From Fonticula alba ATCC 38817 (Eukaryota; Protista; Nucleariida), in NCBI GenBank assembly GCA_000388065.2, contig KB932214.1: a DNA stretch of 59,674 bases; one strand, given 5' to 3'. Made by a program: the position numbers and the translations under genes. The notes under the pieces were generated by a model that was not told where the DNA came from, ran no database searches, and saw only the letters and a list, made by a program, of their open reading frames with translations. The stretch's first letter is position 1. Every line of letters starts with the position of its first letter. This document shows, piece after piece, positions 43,527 through 53,628 of this stretch.

Positions 43527-45778
43527 CTGGGGGGGGGGCGGGGGNNNNNNNNNNNNNNNNNNNNNNNNNNNNNNNNNNNNNNNNNNNNNNNNNNNNNNNN
43601 NNNNNNNNNNNNNNNNNNNNNNNNNNNNNNNNNNNNNNNNNNNNNNNNNNNNNNNNNNNNNNNNNNNNNNNNNNNNNNNNNNNNNNNNNNNNNNNNNNNN
43701 NNNNNNNNNNNNNNNNNNNNNNNNNNNNNNNNNNNNNNNNNNNNNNNNNNNNNNNNNNNNNNNNNNNNNNNNNNNNNNNNNNNNNNNNNNNNNNNNNNNN
43801 NNNNNNNNNNNNNNNNNNNNNNNNNNNNNNNNNNNNNNNNNNNNNNNNNNNNNNNNNNNNNNNNNNNNNNNNNNNNNNNNNNNNNNNNNNNNNNNNNNNN
43901 TCACTTGAGGAGCCGAGAACGAGCTGCGAGAGAGCGGCCACCGGGCCCGGGGGGGGGGGGGGGGGGGGAGTGCCTCGGTCCGCGGCTGCCAGTTGGTGAC
44001 CCGGCCTCGTGCCAGTTGGAAACGCGGGCTGGCGCATGCGGGCATCCTGACCGGCAGGCGCCCGGGGGGCGGCTCGGCGAGATGCCGCATACGTGCGCAG
44101 GCGCCTGTCGGTTGCAGGGCACGCCGGCGGGTGCCCGGCTCGCCGGGCCTCGGGACGCAGGCGCCCCGGCCCGGGGGCGAAGGTGTGAACCCGAGCCCGC
44201 GAGGGGCGGGCACCGGGCCCCTGGCGCACCCCGAGGCCTTCCCAGGAACCGCGGACGGTGGCTCAGGGCAGCGGGCGCGCCGGGGGCCCGGTACCCGGGC
44301 CCTGGGCCGGGCCGCCGATGTCACCCGCCGTCGTGCCGGGGCCATTTCCGGCCGGCGCCCGCCCCGGCACCCGGGCGGGAGGGGAATTAAATCCCCGGCT
44401 CCAGGCGCTGTTTGGACCGGGGGGTGGAGGGGGGGGGCGGCGGGCCTTACTCGGCGGCCGCCGCGGCAGGGTGTCTGGGGGGGGGCGGGCGGGCGGGCTG
44501 CGGCGGGCCCCGGATTTCGGTGCCCCGGCAGCCCGGCCGCCGGGGATCGGCCCCCCACTGGGCCGGCCCGCGGCCGGTGGAGCGCTCCATATCCGGCATG
44601 CCGTGTGGGGGGAGGCCCGGCAGCGGGCCGGGCGACATCGCGCTGCCGCCGGGGGTGCGCAGGCGGCGACGACTCTCCCACCGGTGGCCCCCTCCTGGCC
44701 GCCCTCGGCCCTCACTGGGCCGCCTCCTAGGACGCGGGCGAGTGGCATCTCCCGGGGTGGCCCGCATCGCCGGCCGGGAGGGGGGGCAGGCGCCCATGCA
44801 CGCGCGATGGCGCCCCTCCCTGGCTCGACCCCCCCACCCCCGGGAGTGCATTCCATCGCCCTGCCCGGGGGTCAGGCCCGGGGGGGGGGGGGGGGGCTCG
44901 GGCCGGGGCGGCCTCGCTGGCCACCGCGACCGACAGCGCCAGGACCGACGGGGGGTGGTCGTGGCGCGCCCGTTGCCGAGGAGGCACGCCGGGCCAGCGG
45001 TGGCGAGGCCGAAGTTAATGCCCCGCTGGCCCGGGGGGGGCGGGGCGGGGCGGGGCGCAGGGGGGGCCAGGACCACCGCGCGCTGTGGCAGCGTGCACAC
45101 GCGCGTGGGCATTCGGCCGGGGGCCCGGCCAGCGGTCCCCTCACTGCCGGCGACTGCCGAGGCGGCGGCCGGCCCCGGGAGGGGGCAGGGGGGGGCGGGG
45201 CGGAGCATCGGCTCGCCGTCACCGGTGATGGGCCGCGTGCATGGTGGGGCCGGTCGCCGAGGAGCGGCCCCCGGCGCCCAGGGTGTCGCGCCCCTCGGGG
45301 GCCGGCGGGCGGGCGGGCGCGAGGGCGCGAGCTTCGAGGTTGGGCGGCGTGCGGCCGCTCTCAGGCGGGTTGTCGCGCGCGGGCCGCGACCAAAAAAGGG
45401 GCCGGCCTGCCGCAGGCGGCGGGAGTCGGCCTGCGTCCCGGGCAAATAGCCCACAATCCTTTGGCGCCATCTGCGTGCAGGCCGCCGGGGGGCCGGGTGG
45501 CCGCCATGCACTGTGGGTGAGGCGAGCGGGAAAGAGGGGGGAGGGGGGCACTGTCGGGGAGTATCGTGCGCGGCCGGGTGGCGGGTTCCCGGGAGCAGCA
45601 GGGTGCCGAGGACGGGCGGCGGCACTACCGGCCCGTGTGTGTGTGTGTCCTTGCGGACGCTGCCGGGGCTCGGGCTCCCGGGCCGAGAGGGTGAGGGGCG
45701 CGCCGAAGTGCCGGCCGTGGCATTCGCAATTCCCCCTGCGCCTCGCCCGGGCAGGCCCCGCGACCAGGGCGCGACCAT

Positions 45779-45788
45779 GTAAACAAAG
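45779..45788 (+). promoter_or_regulatory. Forkhead-type motif GTAAACAAAG
   Basis: Identical to the motif at 31771; lies in the divergent spacer between paralogs C and D. Confidence 0.3.
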
Positions 45789-45803
45789 GGCACACCGATT
45801 GGG

Positions 45804-45842
<39 letters not shown>

Positions 45843-47161
45843 GGGGGGGTCCCCGTGCCGCTCCGGGCGCACACGCGACCAGGCCGGCCCCACGAAACGA
45901 CAGCCCGGCCGGGGGCCGGAGCGCGCCGCCGGGGCCCGGGAGCAGCCGCCGGCAGCTGGCCAGGCCGGCCGCGCGTGTTCACCCATTAACCGGCTTTAAC
46001 TTGGCCAATGCGGCGCGTGAGCCCGGCACGGGGCCCGGAGATCACTCCGGCCAATTTGGGCCATGCCGGGGCGAAAATTGGCCCAGCCCACAATCGGCGC
46101 CGGCGGGTCCGACCTCACCCCGGGGGCCGACGGCGGGCCGGGCCCGCGGCCTGCGCCGCTGCTCCGGGGCCCGGCCAGGCGGACAACGCGGCGCACACAC
46201 GGCGAGGCCCTCTGCCGGGTGTCCTGGCCTGCTGTCATGCCTCCTTGACCAGCGGGGCCGGCGGGCGGGGCGTTTCACCCGCCTCGCGCTGGCCAGGCCG
46301 TTGCCAGAGGCGGCCGGGCAGCCGCCAAAAGAAAAACCAAACCCCTGGGTCACCGAACCGACCGTGACGCCGCCCCGGCCAGCCGGTACCCGGCCGGGCG
46401 CTGCTCGGCGACGCCGCTGCGGGGCAAAATACGCCGGGCCTAGCTGCCATCACCACCACTGCGCGCCCGCGCGCGCATGCACACACCTACACACGCAACT
46501 CGAGTGTGACCGCGCTGCGGCGAGGCGCCGGGGCGACACACACCCGCCGGGGGATGCAACGCACGCGCGCGCGCGCGCGCATACGCATACGCCCACCTCG
46601 GCCGCCGGGTGACGCTCGGGCCAGCGCCGCCGCGCGGTGCCCAGACCGATGCACCAGCTGTCCGGGCCCCCCCCCCCCCCCCCCCCGGCTGGTGGGCCGC
46701 CCAGACAAGCCCCATAGGGCCCCGGCTCGTTGCTGGCGGGGGCGCTGTGGTGGCGGTTTGCCCCGGCCGGCGGGTATGCAGCGGCGAAAAACGCCCCTAT
46801 GGCCCCTGACCGGCCCCTGTGTGCTCGGCCCTCGGTCGCCGGGGGCGGCGGGGGCCGATGCAGCCGTGCGAGGGCGTGCCGGTCGTTTGCACGTGTGTGT
46901 GCTGAGGTTGTTGCTGCTTTTTAGCGTGTGTGTGTGTGTGTGTGTGCGCGCACGCCCAGGATGGAACCCTCTTGCTCGGGGGGGAGGGCGTGGTGTTCGG
47001 GCCGGCATCGCGGTGTGCAGGCCTGTCGGCTTGTGTGGCCCCTGGGCGCTGTCGCGTTGCCTCTCCGGGACGGGAGGGAGCGGGGAAAGCCGGCCGCCGG
47101 ACCAACAGCCAACGAAGCCCCGAGCACATATAGCCCAGAATGGGGGCACCCGGTAGGACCG

Positions 47162-47233
47162 AGCGACTTGGCGCAGGGGAAGCGTGTTGGGCTCATAACC
47201 CAAAGGTCGGTGGATCGAAACCACCAGTCGCTA
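47162..47233 (+). tRNA. tRNA-iMet: Initiator tRNA-Met (CAT)
   Basis: AGCGACT/AGTCGCT acceptor stem with A1:U72, D-arm TGGCGCAGGGGAAGCG, anticodon arm TGGGCT-CAT-AACCCA with G-C pairs, and T-loop GATCGAAA (A54/A60), all eukaryotic initiator hallmarks. Followed by a TTTTT Pol III terminator. Confidence 0.97.
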
Positions 47234-49031
47234 CTCTTTTTGGCCCCTCACCCAGGGCCGCGTCCGAGCACGCGAGAGCGCCCGCTGGCGCGCGCGCGGG
47301 GGGGGGCGGGAGGCGGGGAGGGGCCAAGGGTGACGCTGGCCCGCCCCGCGGACGGGCGAGCCGCGGCCGCCGGCCACCCGGCCTTCGGCTCGCCCGGGGG
47401 GCGCGGCCGCCAAGCGGCCGCCGGTGCGCAACTTCCCCCGGGGGGGGCCGGCCCAATGGCGCTGGGCGGCGCTTTTGCACGGGGTGGAGGGCGGGGGGGA
47501 GGGCGGGGACGCCGTTCGCCGGGGCGGGCCCGCCCAGGCGGCCTGTGGGCCGCCCCCCCCCCCTCCCCCGGCGGCCAGGAGTTGTGCAGCCACCAACCCG
47601 CGCCCGGCCGCCGGCGCGGCCAGAGGATGATGATTGAGGGCCGCGCAGGGAGGCGAAGGGAGGGGGGGCCGCCGCAGGCCGGAGGCGGAGCACCCCCGGG
47701 GACAGGGCCGGCGCGAGGTATGCTCGGGGAGGAAAACCCGCGCCCCCCCCCCCCCCCCCCCCCCCGGCCCCTGGTCCGGGCCAAATGCCCGGGGGGGGGG
47801 GGGCCGGAAAAGGGGGCCCTGCGTCCGGCCGTAACCAGCCGATCGCCGCACCAAGAGCGGCGCCCACCAGCGCGCCGCGCGCCAACCGGTCCGACCGAAC
47901 GCGGGCTCCTATTAACACGGGGCCGGCGGCATGGGCCCCGGAGCGGCCTGCCAGCTGGCCCGCCCGCGTCCCGGCCACCCGGCACACCAAGGTGCGCGAG
48001 ATCCAGGGGGAAGGAAGGGGCCGGGGGGAGCCAGCCGCCCGGCAAGCCCGCCCCTTCTCGGGTAAGCGTCGTGGCCGGGCTGGGCCCGCGGCCGGATCGC
48101 CGGATTGCGGCCACCACGGCGCGCGCACACGCGTCCCCGGGCCTGCTCCGGCACAATGGCCCGACGGCGCGACCCGGGTGTGACTGGCATGGGAGGCGGG
48201 CGGGGCACATAGCGCGGCGCGTACGCGCACCATTCGCCCGGGCTAGGCACGCATGGCCGCCGCCGCCGAGCGCCAGGACAACTTCCGCCCTCGGGGGAGG
48301 GGGGGGCGTTCTGTCGGCCGACACAACGCGCCACCTATTCGGTGCAACAGAACCGGGGCCCCATTACGAAAGCCTCGGCCGGGGGTGCGATCATGCGACC
48401 GCGGGGCCCCGGCAGGCCGGTCGTCACCGTTGGGACGTTGCCGGGAGCAGGCCCGGAGCCGGTGCCACCCGGGCGCCGGAGGCAGCGCCGCCGGCATCGG
48501 GGCCGAGGCTGCCCCCCCCCCCACCCCCCACCCAGCGCGCCAGCGCGCCAGCGCCGTGTCCGGCCCTGCCGACTCGGAGGCCGGATTGCGCCGGGCGCAT
48601 GGACACGCCTCGGCCGGTGCCCGCGTGTGGGGCATCATGCGCGCGCATGAGCGTCGCCGGGGGTGTGCTCGTGCGTGCGCGCCTGCCACCGGCCTGCCAA
48701 GACCGCCTGCCGGGGCCGGGGCCGGGGCCGGGGCCGGGGCCGGGGCGTGTGCGCGGCAACCTCCGGCAGATTGTGCCGCGGTGTCCCCCGGCGGTGGCGA
48801 TGATGATGATGGCGCGCGCGGGCGCCGGCGATCGTGTGCCCCGGCCCAAATGGCTCGGCCCCTCCTGGTCGCCCCTCTTTTTCGGCCTCGGCCTGGCGGT
48901 ATCGGCCTGCGGCCCTCTTGGCGGCCTGCCGAGGCCCGGCCGGCGTGCGCGCCAAGCGGTCCACCTTCCGCCGGGTGCCTGGCCGCCGGCAGGGGGCTGC
49001 TGCTGGCGGCCGCCCAGCGCCGCTGGCCTGG

Positions 49032-49065
<34 letters not shown>

Positions 49066-49890
49066 TCGGCCCGTTGCCACCGCGGCGGCCGCCGAGCTGC
49101 TGGGCCTCCCAGCCCCGAGGGGCGGCCGCGCCCCGCCAAGAGTGCCAAAGCCCGAGATCTCATCTCGTGCACGGCCTCGGCCCCAATACCGGGATATTAC
49201 CGGCCGGCATATCTGAGGCCGGGGCCGCCAGCACGCGCATCGCTCCCCATCTTCCGGGAGTCATGATTCATGGCCGCCGCGGCCGACACTGGCCGCCCGG
49301 GCCGAGAGGGGCGGTGGCCGGGCCGTCAGGCCCGACACGCCCCATAGGCCCGCGGACCGGTCCCCTTTGCCCCCCCCCCCCCCCCCCCCCCCCCCCGGCC
49401 CCGCGCCCTGAGCGGTCAGACGCGATGGCACCGGCCGGAGAGCCCGGGGAGGCTGCCGCCGGGGCCGGCCGGGTCGCCAGGCCGCCAGACACCCTGCCGG
49501 CCTGGGAGGGGGAGGGGGGCTGCTCATGCATCCTTCGGGGTTTGGCCCGGCATGCGCCGGCACACGCATCCCGAGGCCCGCAGCCCAAAGGGGCCGCCTG
49601 GCGCGGCCAGCTTGCTCGAAGTGGCTGGCGCGCTCGGGGTGGCAGGCATGCCGGAGGCGCCGGTCCGTGCCTGAGGTGGCCCCGCCGCTGGTGGAGGGCC
49701 GGCGGCGGCCGCAGGAGCCGAGGCCTGCTCGCCGCGAGGCAGCCGATGGGGTGTACTTAGTCCGGGCCGGCAGACTGGCCGGGCCAGCGTGCCATGTCCA
49801 CATACCACCGCCGCCCGCCCGCCCGGCTCTCCACACCCGGCACGCGGCCTCCCCTGCCCGGCCTCCGGCCCCTGCCCGGCACGAGCACCC

Positions 49891-49897
49891 TATAAAA
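49891..49897 (+). promoter_or_regulatory. TATA box of Cys-rich paralog D
   Basis: TATAAAA about 300 nt upstream of ATG 50199. Confidence 0.5.
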
Positions 49898-50198
49898 AGG
49901 GCCACCTCTCGGGCCATTGTCCCCAGCCTTTCGTCACCAGCCAAAGTCCGCCAACACGACTGCCTACTCGCGCGCGCACGCGCCCCCTCCCACACACGCC
50001 CCTGCCGCCTCCGCCCCGCGCCTGTCCCCTGCCTCCTCGCCTACCCCCCCCCCCCGTGCTGGACCGCGACGCACATTCCCACGCAGCCCCGCGCTACACC
50101 ACGCCGACCGCCGGTCGTCGCCAGCCGCCCGCTCGCGCCCCTACCCCCCGCCCCGCCCCCCGCCTGGCCGCCGCCGCCGCCGCTGCCAGACAGCCCCG

Positions 50199-50534
50199 AT
50201 GCGCCCGCTCCCGCGCGCCGTGGCCGGCCTGCTGCCGGCCCTCGGCCTGCTGGTGGCAAGCCTGCTGTGGGCCCCGCCGCCGCCCGTGGCCGCCATCAAT
50301 GCCGAGGTCCTGGCCCTCGGCAATGTGGCCCCCCGGATCATCCGCAAGCCGCCGGTCGACGCGCCGATCCTCCTCCCCCGGTATGACGACCCGCAGGAGG
50401 GCGACTGGCCCTGCGCCAATCCCCGTACGTAGGGCCCTGCCCTCATGCGCACGCGCGCCGCCGGCTCCCCATCGCCCCTTGGCCCGGCTGCCCAGCCCAC
50501 TGACCCGATGCCCGCCGCCGCCGCCGCCGCCGCC

Positions 50535-50571
<37 letters not shown>

Positions 50572-53500
50572 CGCACAGACATGAAGTCCATTTGCGTGGT
50601 GCCGCACGCCCCCTGCCGCCGGGCCTCGCCCACGTCCATGTACAACTCGCTCTTTTGCGAGGAGTGCGAGCCGGGCTACGCCCTGATCAAGGGCCGGTGC
50701 ATGCCGATCGCCTTCCAGTACGCCAACACCACCATCACGGAGGACGCCCGGGTCCTGCCCCGGTGCCAGGACGACCGGCACTGCTCGGACTGCCGGAAGG
50801 ACGCCACCAAGTGCGACTTCTGCTGGACCCGGCGCCTGGACTCCGGCCGGTGCGCCGACCACGACACGGCCACCTGGACCGGCTGCGTGCCGGCCCACGA
50901 GAACATCATGCCGGAGTGCGCCGCCTGCACGGAGGGCTTCCTGCTGGACAGCCACCGGGCCTGCACCCGGCAGTGCGCCCCGGGGGAGTTCCGCTGCGGG
51001 CAGCACTGCCTGCCGCGGGAGGCCCTCCCGTCGGAGGGGTTCGCCTGTGACCGGTGGCCCATGGCCACATTCGCCCACTCGGAGAGCAACATCCTCCGGA
51101 CCCCGGGCGACTGGGCCCTGCTGAAGTGCTCGATCCCGCCGCCGGCCCCCGGGGCCGGGGCCGGTGGCAGCCACTTCGAAGCCCCGGAGCCGGCCTGCTT
51201 CAAGTGCCATGGGTCCTGCTCGGAGTGTGTCGGGCCCCGGGCCACGGATTGCCTCTCCTGCGCCGGGCCCAAGGACCGGCTGGTGCCGATGGCCGAGAAG
51301 TACTTCTTCGAGACCCGGGTGCAGGTGGGCCGGTGCCAGGCCGAGGCCTGCCCGGTGGGCACGGTGCAGCAAACCAAAACCTCCACCTGCCAACACTGCC
51401 CGAAGGATTGCCTGCGTTGCAGCCCGGACGATCCGAATGTCTGCATGGAGTGCATCCCCCGGCGCTTCCTCAGCCTGGATGGCCGGTGCCTGGAAGCCTG
51501 CCCCCCATGGCAGGCCCCCACGCCGGAGGGCAAGTGCACTTCCTGCGCCGGCGATTGCCGGACCTGCTTGCTGAACTTCCCGGACATGTGCACCTCCTGC
51601 CACCCGGGGACGTACTTGCAATTTGGCCGGTGCAAGCCCTTCTGCCCGAAGGGGTCGGTGGCCAGCGGCGATGGCTGCTTCGGCTGCCCGGCCATGTGTG
51701 ACACTTGCAATGGGGCCACCTGCACGCGCTGCCGGCCGGGCTTCGCCCTGTCCAATGGCATCTGCATGGATGCCTGCCCGACCGGGGAGTTCTACGACGA
51801 GGCGTCCAATGCCTGCCGGCGGTGTGAGGCCCCCTGCCGGACGTGCCGCTACCGGGCGGACTTCTGCCTCTCCTGCAATGCCGGGGCCGGGTACATCCAC
51901 GAGTTCCAGGGCCGGTGCATGCTGGAGTGCAACATCGCCGATGGCTACTCCAAGGACATCTTCTCCAATTGCGTCGACTGCACAGTGCCCAATTGCACCC
52001 ACTGCAAGGACCACAACGAGTGCACCTACTGCACCAATGGCCACTTCGCGCACAAGGGCAAGTGCGTGGCCCAGTGCCCGTACGACCATTATGGCACGCC
52101 GAATGGCCAGTGCCTGCCTTGCAGTGACAATTGTGTGTGCCGCGACCGGGTGGACAATTGCGTGGCCTGCCGCCGGGCCTTCGACCGCCTGGCGCCGAAC
52201 TTCGACAATGAGGGCCGGCCCATGTGCGTGTCCCAGTGCGAGGCGGTCCCCGGCACGGCGGACTTCCAGGGCCGGTGTGTGGCCTGCCCGGCCGAGTGCC
52301 GCAAGTGCCGGGTCACCGCCGACGACGAGGGCCGCCCGGTGCTCGACGCCGATGGGCACCCGCAGTTCGAGTGCACCGCCTGCCAGCTGGGCCACCACCT
52401 GTCCGAGACGGGCCACTGCGTGCCGTACCCCTGCCCGGATGGGATGTACCGCCTGCGCGGGGAGATCTGCCTGCCCTGCCATGAGTCCTGCTCGGGCCAG
52501 TGCACCGGCCCCTCCCCCGGCCATTGTCTGTCCCATGGTGAGGATTCCTCCAGCAGCCATGCCTCCAGCAGCCATGCCTCTAGTGTTGATGATTCCAGCA
52601 GCCATGCCTCCGGCAGCCATGCTTCCAGCAGCCACCACGACTCTAGCAGCCATGCCTCTAGTGTTGATGATTCCAGCAGCCACGCCTCCAGCAGCCACGC
52701 CTCCAGCAGCCACGCCTCCAGCAGCCACACCTCCAGCAGCCAAGACTCCAGCAGCCAAGACTCTAGCAGCCACGCTTCCAGCAGCCACGACTCTAGCAGC
52801 CACACCTCCAGCAGCCACGACTCTAGCAGCCACGACTCTAGCAGCCACGACTCTAGCAGCCACGACTCTAGCAGCCACGACTCTAGCAGCCACGACTCTA
52901 GCAGNNNNNNNNNNNNNNNNNNNNNNNNNNNNNNNNNNNNNNNNNNNNNNNNNNNNNNNNNNNNNNNNNNNNNNNNNNNNNNNNNNNNNNNNNNNNNNNN
53001 NNNNNNNNNNNNNNNNNNNNNCTCTAGCAGCCACGACTCTAGCAGCCACGACTCTAGCAGCCACGACTCTAGCAGCCACGACTCTAGCAGCCACCATGCT
53101 TCCAGCAGCCATGCTTCCAGCAGCCACGCTTCCAGCAGCCACCACGACTCTAGCAGCCATGCTTCTAGCAGCCACTCGGACCACAGCTCCTCGCCCTCTT
53201 CCTCGGATGCTGGCAGCAGCAGCCCCGGCAGCGCCTCTTCCGGCAAGGGAGACAGCTCCTCCAGCCATGGTTCCGGCAGCTTCTCTGACAGTGCGTACCC
53301 CATGCAAACCCTTGCTGAGCCTGCTCATGGGCCCACATGCCTGCGAAAGCCACCGCCGACGCCCCTCTCGGCCGCGCAACCGCCCCCCCCCCCCCCCCCC
53401 CCCCCAGCCCTCATTGCCGCCCGGGCCCCTTTTGCCCACGCACAGAGACCCCCCCTCTCCAGGGGACCCGAATGACGACCACCCAAAACTGACAACCCCC

Positions 53501-53628
53501 CGCCTGACCCCCGCCTCGGCCACCGCCGGCCCACAGTCATCTGCACCAGCTGCATTGTCGACGCGCTGGCCGACATTCGCGACGTCTTGCGCGATCTTCT
53601 GGCCTACTTCAAGGCCAGCAAGGCTTGA
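50199..53628 (+). CDS. Secreted CxxC/furin-like cysteine-rich protein with a Ser/His tandem-repeat tail, paralog D (about 1009 aa)
   Basis: Exons 50199-50424 (signal peptide MRPLPRAVAGLLPALGLLVASLLWA; donor GTACGT, phase 1), 50579-53290 (donor GTGCGT, phase 1) and 53537-53628 (IICTSCIVDALADIRDVLRDLLAYFKASKA-TGA). Shares the family modules QCAPGEFRCGQHC, GFACDRWP and CFKCHGSCSECVGP..DC. Confidence 0.88.
50511..50570. repeat. (GCC)n(AAC)n compound trinucleotide microsatellite in paralog D intron 1
   Basis: A GCC run followed by about 12 AAC units just upstream of the acceptor. Confidence 0.85.
52549..53175 (+). repeat. Coding 15-bp tandem array (AGCAGCCACGACTCT = SSHDS; variants SSHAS, SSHTS, SSQDS)
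   Basis: More than 30 visible units in frame in paralog D, interrupted by a 117-N gap (52905-53021). Confidence 0.95.

Noticed and set aside
47140-47224. ORFs crossing the tRNA (WAHNPKVGGSKPP / MVSIHRPLGYEPN)
   Set aside because: These are translations of the tRNA-iMet gene.
48712-48745. (GGGGCC)n hexamer run
   Set aside because: Short (about 5 units) and unremarkable in a genome full of G/C simple repeats.
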